Source of the DNA: Verrucomicrobiota bacterium
Lineage (GTDB): Bacteria > Verrucomicrobiota > Verrucomicrobiia > Verrucomicrobiales > Akkermansiaceae
NCBI GenBank assembly: GCA_040385685.1
Contig: JAZKGW010000034.1
Coordinates: 389 to 64,388, forward strand
Length of the DNA stretch: 64,000 bases
Direction of reading: 5' to 3'
The notes under the pieces were generated by a model. That model was given only the letters and a program-made list of their open reading frames with translations. It did not search any database and had not been told where the DNA came from. Made by a program: the position numbers and the translations under genes. Positions 50,801 through 59,678 of this stretch are shown here, piece after piece. Numbering within the stretch: the stretch's first letter is position 1; each line of letters starts with the position of its first letter.

Positions 50801-53800
50801 GCCACGGCGCTGAACGCCGGCACGACCGTCGTTAATGGTTCGCTCGCCGCCGGCAGCGCTGTCACCGTCGCCAACGGCGCGGCGATTTCCGGGATGGGAA
50901 CCGTCAACGGCGCCCTCGGCTTCACCAATGGTTCGCGTCTGCTTTGGACTTTGCCTGCTAACAGCGAGGCGGTCGGAGTGGGGAGCAAACTCAACACCGG
51001 CACCGTCACCGTGGCCAACGGCGCATTGGTTGACTTCACCTTCAATGGTCCCGGCAGCACCACCGATTTTTCCCAGCCGTTCTGGTCGCAGCCGCACTCG
51101 TGGACCGTTCTAACCAGCAGTGGAATGGCGGGAACATTCGCGCTCGGTGCCATCAGCGTCGATCCGGGCGGCCGTCCCCTCGGCAACTATGGCAAGTTCA
51201 CGATCCAGCAAGGCGCGGGCGGCGTCACCTTGTTGTATTCGCCGCTCGGCGCGGAGCTTCCTCCGATTCCAACGGGCTTCGCGGCATCGGCCTCGCCGGG
51301 CAAAGTGGTGCTCACCTGGTCCACAGCCTCCGGAGCCGCGACCTACAATGTGAAACGCGCCACCAGCCCCGGCGGCCCGTATGTGACCATCGCCACGGGT
51401 GTCACCAGCACTTCCTTCATCGACAACTCGATGGTCAACGGCACGGTCTATTACTACGTGGTCTCCTCAGTGAATCCGAACGGCGAGAGCTCTGCATCGT
51501 CGGAAAGCGTGGCGACGCCGCACCTGCCGTCCATCTTTAACAAGGCGGACAACACGATCGCTCTCAATCTATCCGGCAGTTGGACCGGTGGGATCATTCC
51601 TAACGCCCTCGATACGGCGCGGTGGACGGGATTGTCCGGGGCCAACTCCGTTTCACTCGGTACGGACATGAGCGTGACCGGCATCATCATCGCTTCCACC
51701 GGCGGCGCTGTTAGCATCGGCGCGGGCAACACGCTCACGCTTGGAACTGGAGGCTTGGATTTGAGCGCGGCCACGGAGAACCTGACGATTTCCTCCAGCC
51801 TGATCCTCGGTGCGGGAAATCAGCCGTGGAATGTTGCTTCAGGTCGGACCCTGACCTTGGACACCGGCACATTTACCCGCAGCACAGGCGCGACCGTCAC
51901 GCGTCCTAACACAGGAACCGTGACGACGAACATGGTGGGCATCGTCAATGACAGCACCGGAATTCTTGGAGGTTGGGCGACGATCCCCGGTGTGGGCACC
52001 GGCGATTGGGTGACCCTCACAGGCGGAAACATGACGACCTACGCGGGTTACACGCCGATTGCCGCGGCGACCGCCGCGGATGCCAACCAGAACTGGCTGA
52101 GCACTGTCAACGCCGCCGGCATCACCGCCTCGGGAACCTTGAACTCCCTGAAGATGACCGCCGATTTCAACATTCCCAACGGAGCGACTCTCACCCTCGC
52201 CAGCGGCGGACTGCTGATGTCCGGCCCGCAAAAATGGTTGCTGAACAATGGCGTGGGGACCACGGCGGGAACAGGCATGCTGACGTCCGGGTTGACCACC
52301 GGCGAACTGTTCGTGCACGTCGCCAAGTCCGATGCCACGAACTGGTCGATCTGGTCCACCATCGTCAACAATGGTGCCACGGCGGTGACACTCGTGAAGA
52401 ACGGCCCCGGCCTCGTCTATGTGAGAAACGCAAACACCTTCACCGGCGGGACGCATCTTAACGGCGGAACGATCCTGGCGGCGAATGCGACCGCGCTGGG
52501 CACCGGCACGCTCAACATGAACGGTGGCAACTTCGGCACCACCGCCGCGCTCACCATCGCCAACGCGATCACTGTGGCGGGAACCAACACCATCGGCCAC
52601 GCGGCTCAGGCAGCTAACAGCATCACGCTTTCCGGAGCCCTGACAGGCAACGGCACGCTGAAGAACTTTGTGGGTGCCGGCGGAGGATCGAGCAGCGTCT
52701 TCTTCACCGGCAGCCTGAGCGGCTTCACCGGCACCATCGACTACACGGATGATGGGGGTGCCAACGCCCAGTGGTGGCGTGCCGGAGCCAACGGCTCCAC
52801 CGTCGATCTATCCAACGCGTCCGTGATACTGCGGGTGGGCAATGTTTCCAATACCGTCGCCAGCAAGAACTTCGGATTTGCCGACAACATCAGCGGAGCC
52901 ACCTTGAAAATCGGCGCGCTTTCAGGCGACGGTGTCCTTCAGTCATCGTTCAACAACGCGGGTCCTAACACTCTCGAAGTCGGAGCCCTGGACACCAGCA
53001 CCACCTTTTCCGGCGTGTTGTCCGGAGCCGCTGCGGGAACCAACATGGCCTTCACCAAGGTCGGCGCCGGCACGTTGACGCTCAGCGGCACGAACACTTA
53101 CAGCGGTGCGACGGCTGTGAATGCGGGAACCCTTGTGGTCATCGGCAACCACGCGGGTGCCACGGGAGCCCTGACCGTAGCCGCCAACGCCACGCTGGGC
53201 GGAAATGGCAACCTGGGTGGCAATGTCACCATCAATGCCAGCGGCATCCATTCGCTCGCCGTGGCGGCCACGCCCGGTGCACAAGTAACGCGAGCCATCA
53301 CCGGCACGCTGACTAACATTTCTGGAAATATCCTGAATCTAGCCGCCTCCTCCGCTCCCGCGGTTGGTGTCTATACTTTGGTGACGGCCACCGGCGGCAT
53401 TTCCGCCCTTCCCACGACGATCACCGGATTTACTGGAGGCGTGGTGTCCATTTCCGGCAATAGCCTGATTCTAACTGTATCCGACTCCGCTTACAATTCG
53501 TGGGCATCCTCCAAGGGCCTGACAGGCGCTAACAATGGCATAATTCTGGATCCCGATTTCGATAACGTGTCCAATGTTCTTGAATTTGTTCTCAGCGGCA
53601 ACCCGCTTGCCAGCGACCCGCTGATCCTGCCCGATCCGGCGGTTACAGCCACCGATTTCACCTTCACTTTCAGCCGTGCGGATCAATCCAAAACCGAAGT
53701 CGGTCTGACCTTCCAATACGGTTCCGATCTCACCGGCTGGACCAACGTCGCTATCGGCACCGAAAGTGCCGGAGCGGTATCGATCACTCCAAATGGCACC

Positions 53801-53884
53801 GCGCCCGATACGGTGGTCGTCACGATTCCGAAGAACAGCGTCCCTGGCGGCAAGCTATTCGGCCGCCTCAGGGCGGTGAAGTGA
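47882..53884 (+). CDS. 2000-aa secreted metzincin (M12B/reprolysin-like) + LamG + autotransporter-associated beta-strand repeats + FN3 + C-terminal domain
   Basis: Signal peptide; IDVALSYS, AHELGHNQGCDH, TIMMH Met-turn; ARILEFN; KAGAGTLILAGTNTYTG repeats; YYYVVSSVN. Confidence 0.88.
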   Translation: MNLPTRSLWGAIAAFSLVLVSITPVCRAAEIDVALSYSPDAATRHGGEDNIQVNLANALAGTNATHDRSGTSARFRIAGYYQSIANPIDQDNTAVVIALSNDAAYQDVRNHADSVGADFISYYAHTTGAAGNAGQPGRYSTMGEQWIYYAVVAHELGHNQGCDHRDGNVNPKTIMMHNYCGGGAQGFFSNPNIWLNGTRLQGSTSCIGDAVANGDNAYVISSTSQGNADIANRPGNGPKLTNVTRRWRFDAPAGSAPNGTTVNDSVSGANPATVLGTGATYTGKALRLPGGTGASGAAYLELPSGLVSPYTDVTVEVWATPLSARNWARILEFNDNSANNYVMLTSSIGNDLNAQRFESKVGGATVTLGSGIPTVAGVPHLYTISFKNNGAGGGRWQWYRDGDAIAFLDVAYTLATAPNLKSWLGRSIFGGDDLAHCDYAEVRVSNVAMNQHEILANYKLGPNWTSSNVPLTADDALGQSSFATAGGWSDALAPSAGKSYETFNYRLRTPADGVSRTFGGNSLKLSGGSLTYKGTASSTTTINNLTTTGGCELVQAGSGTWTLAGSLAPASDLTAVRAANGPINLTANLSGSGPLLYLNNTVTLGGTNTSFTGRTLVGDGRLSSVFIDSEARLGANPATFTADQFTFNRGVLYTTSNQTIDDSNRGIRINESAGIFNVAGGTTLTIAVPLSSPSSGANLQTAPLFPNPAVGMLIKENTGTLNISHPNNSHSGEIVVNGGTLALTGAGRINNGDTAMSMVINATLLMDTTANQNFSGAFSGGGSFIKNNSGTTTLVGANNLFTGAVTINGGTLYANAANAANNRALSGTSGVIVNSGATLRTSANALFGWDGTQDRPITVNAGGTLVANGGGTGDVGVGTVTLAGGTLTSFAASTAYGTFRFDNATDRLLVTQDSTASATNVKFGNAAASIDVASGKTLNFTGTITNATSGGTSYLTKAGAGTLILAGTNTYTGATALNAGTTVVNGSLAAGSAVTVANGAAISGMGTVNGALGFTNGSRLLWTLPANSEAVGVGSKLNTGTVTVANGALVDFTFNGPGSTTDFSQPFWSQPHSWTVLTSSGMAGTFALGAISVDPGGRPLGNYGKFTIQQGAGGVTLLYSPLGAELPPIPTGFAASASPGKVVLTWSTASGAATYNVKRATSPGGPYVTIATGVTSTSFIDNSMVNGTVYYYVVSSVNPNGESSASSESVATPHLPSIFNKADNTIALNLSGSWTGGIIPNALDTARWTGLSGANSVSLGTDMSVTGIIIASTGGAVSIGAGNTLTLGTGGLDLSAATENLTISSSLILGAGNQPWNVASGRTLTLDTGTFTRSTGATVTRPNTGTVTTNMVGIVNDSTGILGGWATIPGVGTGDWVTLTGGNMTTYAGYTPIAAATAADANQNWLSTVNAAGITASGTLNSLKMTADFNIPNGATLTLASGGLLMSGPQKWLLNNGVGTTAGTGMLTSGLTTGELFVHVAKSDATNWSIWSTIVNNGATAVTLVKNGPGLVYVRNANTFTGGTHLNGGTILAANATALGTGTLNMNGGNFGTTAALTIANAITVAGTNTIGHAAQAANSITLSGALTGNGTLKNFVGAGGGSSSVFFTGSLSGFTGTIDYTDDGGANAQWWRAGANGSTVDLSNASVILRVGNVSNTVASKNFGFADNISGATLKIGALSGDGVLQSSFNNAGPNTLEVGALDTSTTFSGVLSGAAAGTNMAFTKVGAGTLTLSGTNTYSGATAVNAGTLVVIGNHAGATGALTVAANATLGGNGNLGGNVTINASGIHSLAVAATPGAQVTRAITGTLTNISGNILNLAASSAPAVGVYTLVTATGGISALPTTITGFTGGVVSISGNSLILTVSDSAYNSWASSKGLTGANNGIILDPDFDNVSNVLEFVLSGNPLASDPLILPDPAVTATDFTFTFSRADQSKTEVGLTFQYGSDLTGWTNVAIGTESAGAVSITPNGTAPDTVVVTIPKNSVPGGKLFGRLRAVK

Positions 53885-53961
53885 CCCGGCAACTGTCCGA
53901 ACTCAGGAAACTCTAACCCATTGCGGACAGGGATCATCTGGACGATCCTCACCGAAACCCC

Positions 53962-56900
53962 ATGAATCCCGCCCGACGCCATTCGGCATTCTCTCTAACG
54001 CTTGCATCCGTTGCTGCCGCGATGACCGCGCTCGCCGGCTTTGTTTCCGCCCAGACACTGGCCCTCAATGGCGACATCCAGCGGTCGGTTTCCCTGACGA
54101 ACACCACTGTCACCATGACGGGGCGGTCGGAACTTCACTTGTCCGCCACCGTCAATCCGATGCCGGGCTGCACGATTCATCTCAATTCCCCCGACGCGTG
54201 GTTTTTCATGACTTCCATCCGGCCGTCGGTCGTGAACTCGACCTACCTCGGGCAACTTCGCGTCAACGGTGTGGCCGCGGTGCAGGGGACCAATGTGCGG
54301 ATCGTGCAATATGGGCTGGGTGCCGTGGTCATCCCGCAGCCGCCATCGTTCCAGCCGTTCGAGGGGTTTGCCGGCCGGAACTTCTCCGGGACCTCGAAGT
54401 CGTTCGGCCTCTACACTTATTACGACAGCGCCGCCGACCTCGGTGCGATGCATCGGAATCTCAGTTCCTTCAGATTGAAGCGCGGCTACATGGCCACGGT
54501 TTCGATCCAAGCCAGCGGCAACGGTGTGGCCCAAAATTATGTCGCGCAGGACGGCGACCTCGAAGTCCCGGTGCTGCCGGCGAATCTCGATAACGCGATC
54601 CAGTACATCCGCGTTTTTCCTTGGCGCTGGACTTCGAAGAAGGGCACCTGCGACACCAATCCAAACGATTTCGCCGCGTCTTGGAATTACAATTGGAACA
54701 ACGATGGCGATGTCCAGCAATCGACGCTCGACGTCGAGTTTGTCCCAATCAAACAGCAACGCTGGTGGCCCGCATTTCCCACTAACAAGCCGGAATCCAT
54801 CCATCTTCTTGGCTACAACGAGCCCGACAATCCGGTCGAGGATGCCTACGAGTCACTCGACAATGGCAACGTCGATACCGCGATCGCCGTGTGGGATGGT
54901 CTCGAATGGTGCGGCCTGCGTCTCGGCTCTCCGGCCGTGACGGATGGCGGCAAGGCCTGGCTTTACGATTTCATGAACAAGACCGTCGCCGCCAACCGGC
55001 GCGTCGATTTCATCGCCATCCACAATTACCAATGCGGCAACTCGGCGACCTCGCTGCACAACTGGCTGAAGGACGTTTACGACCGTTACGGCAAGCCGAT
55101 CTGGCTCACCGAGTTTAACAACGGCGCGAACTGGACCGGTTGTGGGGATCCCACGTTTGAGCAAAACGCCACCGCCATCTCCAGCTTCATCGACCGGATG
55201 GACAATACGCCCTGGATCGAACGCTACTCCATTTACAGCAACGTCGAGGAAGTAAGGCAGTTGTGGTACAACGGCGGCGGCCGCACTCCGACCGGAGCCG
55301 TCTATCAGGCGAACGCTTCTCCGATTGGCTACGTCCAGGCGATGCCGGAGTCGGAGATGACATCACGGGCGATCTATCCGTTCGATGGCACGGCGGCGGA
55401 TAATTCGGGCAGCGGACAACCGCTGATGGTAGTCGGTACGCCGTCGTTCCCTACGGGAAAAAATGGGCAGGCGCTTTCCTTGGACGGTGCCAATGATTAC
55501 CTGCAGCTTTCATCGCGGATCGGCGACAGCACGGATTTCACCTTCGCCGGCTGGGTGAAGTGGAACGGTGGCGCCGACTGGCAGCGGATCTTCGACTTCG
55601 GCAACTACAACTTGCGATCGATGTTTATCACCCCGGCGGTCGCAGGGAAACTGAGGTTCAACATTTTCAACGAAACCACGGAGCAAATCCTTGAGGTTGC
55701 CGGCACCCTGCCCGTCGGGGTGTGGACCCATGTCGGCGTCACGATCGCCGGCAACACCGGCAAGCTGTTCGTCAACGGATTACCGGTGGCCACGAACGCT
55801 GCCATGACGCTCAATCCCGTGGACCTCGGGACAAAGCATAATTTCCTCGGAAAAAGCCAGTTCCCTGCGGACCCGACGTTCAACGGGCAGCTCGACGACA
55901 TCATGATCCTTCCCTACGCGCTCACCGACGCGCAGGTGGCCCTCGTGCCTAACAATCGTTTGCCGCAATTTTCCAGCAGTGAAATCGTCATTGCGGACGC
56001 GCTGAGGAACCAGCCGTTCGCCGCGTCGTTCGCAAGCACGGCGACCGACGCTGACGCGCAGGCCCTCATCTTTTCGAAGGTAAGTGGTCCCGCGTGGCTC
56101 GCCGTAGCCGCCAACGGCACGCTCACCGGCGTGCCGACCTCCCAGGCCGACCTCGGCGAAAATACCTGCTTCGTGACCGTGACCGACACCCTGGGTGGCT
56201 CAGCCAGCGCGATGTTGAAAATTCGCGTGGTGGATCCGCCGGGATTCACCTCCCGTTACACTTTCAACAGCACCACCAACGCCGCCGTCGGAACGAGTCA
56301 TGGAGTCGCCACGGGCGCGCCAACCTACGTAGGTTCGCCGGCACCCCGATCCGCCGCGATCGTCCTCGATGGCGTTGACGATTTCGTCACCCTGCCTGCC
56401 GGTGTTGCCAATCATGATGAAATCACCATCGCCACCTGGGTCTGGTGGAATGGCGGGAACATCTGGCAGCGCATCTTCGACTTCGGAAACAGCACGGCCG
56501 ACAATATGTTCCTCACGCCGCGATCAGGCGCCAATACCCTGAGGTTTGCGGTTGCGACCGGTGGGATCGAGCGAATCCTCGAGACAACGCAGCTTGGTGC
56601 GGGTGGCTGGCATCACGTCGCCGTCACGCTCGGCGGAGGCACAGGCAAGCTCTACCTCAACGGCCTGCTGAAGGATACCGAGGCGATCACTTTCAAACCC
56701 AGCGACATGCGCCCGGCGGTCAACTATCTTGGCAAAAGCCAATGGCCGGACCCGTTGTTCGCGGGCCAGCTCGATGAGTTTGTGATACTCAACAGGGCGT
56801 TGGACGCCAACGGGATCGCGGCGCTCTACACCGCCACCAATCTGCCCTTGTTCGTCACCGACCCTTTCAGCAAGCCGGCCACCACCGTCGGGGCCGACTA

Positions 56901-58125
56901 TGGGACAACGATCAGCGCGACCGGCAGCAATCTAACCTATTCGAAGGCTGGCGGGCCGCGCTGGCTCAGCGTCGCACCTAACGGTACGGCCTCGGGCATA
57001 CCCAGCCATGCCGATGCCGGAACCAACTATTTCACCGTTCGCGCCACAAACTCGAACGGCTATTCGGACGACGCGACGATGACCGTCACGGTGGCGCCGC
57101 CGTCGGACCTGCATGCCCACTATCAGTTTCACAACGCCGTCACCGATTCTGACAACGGCTTCAACGGGGCCGTCACTGGAGCTCCCGCATACACACCCGG
57201 CATCTTCGACCAAGCCGTTGACCTGGATGCGACCGATGACTTCGTGACATTGCCTGCTGCCGCCGTGAACTCGCTGGGCGATGTCACCATCGCGACCCGT
57301 TTCCGCTGGGACGGTGGCAATGCCTGGCAGAGGATTTTTGATTTTGGCAAAGACAACACCGCCTATCTGTTTTTCAGTCCGAGCTACGGGGCCAACCTCC
57401 GCTTCGGGATCAAGAACGGCGGTGCCGAGCAGGTGATCAACGCTCCTGCCGCTCCGATCGGCGAGTGGACCCACGCCGCGGTCACCTTGATTGGAAATAC
57501 CGGCACGATTTACATCAATGGCGCTGCCGTCGCCACCGGACCCATCACCATCGACCCCGTGAACATCGCGCCAACGCTGAACTATCTGGGTAAAAGCCAA
57601 TATGCCGCCGACCCGCTCTTCAACGGTGCCATCGACGATTTGCGGATCTTCAATCGCGGATTGACCGCCTCTGAAGTCGCCGCGCTCGTGGCTCCCCGAT
57701 CGGCCTACGACACATGGACGACCGTAAATCCCTTCCCGGCGGGGCAGGGTTTACCGGGACTTGATCCGGACCGCGACCAGCTCGCCAACATGTTCGAGTT
57801 TCTCCTTGGCTCCGATCCGCTGGTTCCTTCCCTCAACGTTCTGCCACAGGCGCAAACGCGGACCGCCGCCGAAATCGGCCTGCCCGGCAACAAGCTCTAT
57901 CTCACTCTAACCGCCCGCCTGCGGGTCAACCGCGAGGGCCACACGGTCACGGCCGAAGCCGCCGCCTCTCCCGCCGGCCTGGCACTCCCGGCCGCCGCAA
58001 CCCACGCAATTCTAGCAGGGCTCCCGGTGGACGACGGTGCCTTCGAGATTGTCACCTGGTACTACGACGTCGCGATCGAAGATGGCGGTGTCGGTTTCAT
58101 GCGCCTGCGAGGAAAGCAGGAGTAA
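53962..58125 (+). CDS. Secreted GH128-like glycoside hydrolase + three LamG domains + Ig/cadherin-like repeats + C-terminal domain
   Basis: HLLGYNEPD, LGSPA, DFIAIHNY, PIWLTEFN, IERYS; three WQRIFDFG; FSKVSGPAWLAV. Confidence 0.85.
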   Translation: MNPARRHSAFSLTLASVAAAMTALAGFVSAQTLALNGDIQRSVSLTNTTVTMTGRSELHLSATVNPMPGCTIHLNSPDAWFFMTSIRPSVVNSTYLGQLRVNGVAAVQGTNVRIVQYGLGAVVIPQPPSFQPFEGFAGRNFSGTSKSFGLYTYYDSAADLGAMHRNLSSFRLKRGYMATVSIQASGNGVAQNYVAQDGDLEVPVLPANLDNAIQYIRVFPWRWTSKKGTCDTNPNDFAASWNYNWNNDGDVQQSTLDVEFVPIKQQRWWPAFPTNKPESIHLLGYNEPDNPVEDAYESLDNGNVDTAIAVWDGLEWCGLRLGSPAVTDGGKAWLYDFMNKTVAANRRVDFIAIHNYQCGNSATSLHNWLKDVYDRYGKPIWLTEFNNGANWTGCGDPTFEQNATAISSFIDRMDNTPWIERYSIYSNVEEVRQLWYNGGGRTPTGAVYQANASPIGYVQAMPESEMTSRAIYPFDGTAADNSGSGQPLMVVGTPSFPTGKNGQALSLDGANDYLQLSSRIGDSTDFTFAGWVKWNGGADWQRIFDFGNYNLRSMFITPAVAGKLRFNIFNETTEQILEVAGTLPVGVWTHVGVTIAGNTGKLFVNGLPVATNAAMTLNPVDLGTKHNFLGKSQFPADPTFNGQLDDIMILPYALTDAQVALVPNNRLPQFSSSEIVIADALRNQPFAASFASTATDADAQALIFSKVSGPAWLAVAANGTLTGVPTSQADLGENTCFVTVTDTLGGSASAMLKIRVVDPPGFTSRYTFNSTTNAAVGTSHGVATGAPTYVGSPAPRSAAIVLDGVDDFVTLPAGVANHDEITIATWVWWNGGNIWQRIFDFGNSTADNMFLTPRSGANTLRFAVATGGIERILETTQLGAGGWHHVAVTLGGGTGKLYLNGLLKDTEAITFKPSDMRPAVNYLGKSQWPDPLFAGQLDEFVILNRALDANGIAALYTATNLPLFVTDPFSKPATTVGADYGTTISATGSNLTYSKAGGPRWLSVAPNGTASGIPSHADAGTNYFTVRATNSNGYSDDATMTVTVAPPSDLHAHYQFHNAVTDSDNGFNGAVTGAPAYTPGIFDQAVDLDATDDFVTLPAAAVNSLGDVTIATRFRWDGGNAWQRIFDFGKDNTAYLFFSPSYGANLRFGIKNGGAEQVINAPAAPIGEWTHAAVTLIGNTGTIYINGAAVATGPITIDPVNIAPTLNYLGKSQYAADPLFNGAIDDLRIFNRGLTASEVAALVAPRSAYDTWTTVNPFPAGQGLPGLDPDRDQLANMFEFLLGSDPLVPSLNVLPQAQTRTAAEIGLPGNKLYLTLTARLRVNREGHTVTAEAAASPAGLALPAAATHAILAGLPVDDGAFEIVTWYYDVAIEDGGVGFMRLRGKQE

Positions 58126-58162
58126 ATCGGTGAATGCTAACAACCTGCAACCGGGAGTAGGT

Positions 58163-59542
58163 TCAGCCTTCCAGACACGCCGTCCCAAACAATGTGAAGC
58201 CGGTGGACTGCTCGATCTGGATGTCGAGGAGTTGGCCTGTTAACCGGGCCGGGTCGCCGTCGAAGATGACGATCTTGTTGTGCGGCGTGCGGCCTGTTAG
58301 CCGGGCGGAGTTGTTTTTCGACGGGCCTTCGCAAAGGACCTGCTGGCGGGTGCCCACGACAGCGGCGTTGCTGGCGATGGCGAGGCGGTCGACCACGGCG
58401 AGCAGTCGCTGGTTGCGCTCTTCCTTCACGGATTCGTCGAGCTGGCCGTCCATTTCGGCGGCGGGCGTGTTGCGGCGTTTCGAGTAACGGAAGACGAAGG
58501 CGTTGTCGAATTTGAGGCGTTCAACGGTGTCGATGGTCGCCTGGAAATCCTCCTCAGTCTCACCGGGGAAGCCGACAATCATGTCGGTGGTGATTGCGAG
58601 TCCGGGCCGGGCGGCTTTCATTTTCTCGCAGATCTCGATGAACTTCTCGTTCTTATAAGGTCGGCGCATCACCTTGAGAATCCTATCAGAACCGCTCTGC
58701 ATCGGGAAATGGATGTGCGGGCAGAGTTTCGGCAGATAGGTGAACGCGGCGACGAGATCGTCGCGGTAGCCGATCGGATGCGGCGAGGTGAAACGGATGC
58801 GCTCGATGCCTTCGACTTTGTGCACGGCTTCGAGAAGCTGGACGAACGGCGACTTGCCATCGATTTTCGGAAACTCGGTGCGGCCGTAAAGATTGACGAT
58901 CTGCCCTAACAAGGTGATTTCCTTCACCCCGTGCGCGGCGAGGTGGCGGACTTCGCCAACAATTTCCGCAATCGGCCGTCCGCGTTCCTTGCCGCGGGTG
59001 TCGGGGACGATGCAGAACGAGCAGCGCATGTTGCAGCCCTGCATGATCGAAACGAAGGACGACGCCTCATGCGCCTTTGGAATATGGTCGCGGATGGTGT
59101 TTTGCGAACCCTCTTCCTCGGCGGTGTCGCAAACGCTGGTGCCGCGCAGCGAGTAGGCCGGATCATCCATCCGAGCTTCTAACCGCCGCTGGAGGATGCC
59201 GTCCACGTATTCGAAAACCTTGTGGTATTTCTGGGTGCCGACGACTACATCGAGCTTCGGCAGGGTCTGGAAAAGTTCCTCGCCGCGCGATTGGGCCATG
59301 CAGCCCATGAAGCCATAAACGACATGTTTGCGGTCGCGTCCCTTGTGGATCAGGTTGCCCATTTTTCCCAAGGCCTTCTGCTCCGCCTGGTCTCTAACGG
59401 AGCAGGTGTTGATGAGTACGGCGTCCGCCTCGTTTTCATCCGCCGTCACCGTGTAGCCGCCCTCGCTGAACATCCGCACGACTTGCTCGGAGTCGCGCTC
59501 ATTCATCTGGCAACCGTAGGTTTTGACGTAGACTTTTGGCAT
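58163..59542 (-). CDS. miaB: tRNA-2-methylthio-N6-dimethylallyladenosine synthase
   Basis: KTYGCQMNERDSE, NTCSVR, GCNMRCSFC, DMIVGFPGET, TRAM domain. Confidence 0.96.
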   Translation of the reverse strand: MPKVYVKTYGCQMNERDSEQVVRMFSEGGYTVTADENEADAVLINTCSVRDQAEQKALGKMGNLIHKGRDRKHVVYGFMGCMAQSRGEELFQTLPKLDVVVGTQKYHKVFEYVDGILQRRLEARMDDPAYSLRGTSVCDTAEEEGSQNTIRDHIPKAHEASSFVSIMQGCNMRCSFCIVPDTRGKERGRPIAEIVGEVRHLAAHGVKEITLLGQIVNLYGRTEFPKIDGKSPFVQLLEAVHKVEGIERIRFTSPHPIGYRDDLVAAFTYLPKLCPHIHFPMQSGSDRILKVMRRPYKNEKFIEICEKMKAARPGLAITTDMIVGFPGETEEDFQATIDTVERLKFDNAFVFRYSKRRNTPAAEMDGQLDESVKEERNQRLLAVVDRLAIASNAAVVGTRQQVLCEGPSKNNSARLTGRTPHNKIVIFDGDPARLTGQLLDIQIEQSTGFTLFGTACLEG

Positions 59543-59678
59543 GGAGTTTCCGGGTCGGGCGCGCAAGCTAGACAGGGAAGTTCACCGGTTCAAGGCCACA
59601 GGAGCAGTGTTTTGGCATGCCTCAGTCAAAACGGACCTTGGCAACGCGGATCGGGAAAGCAACGTTCTCGGTTGCGCA

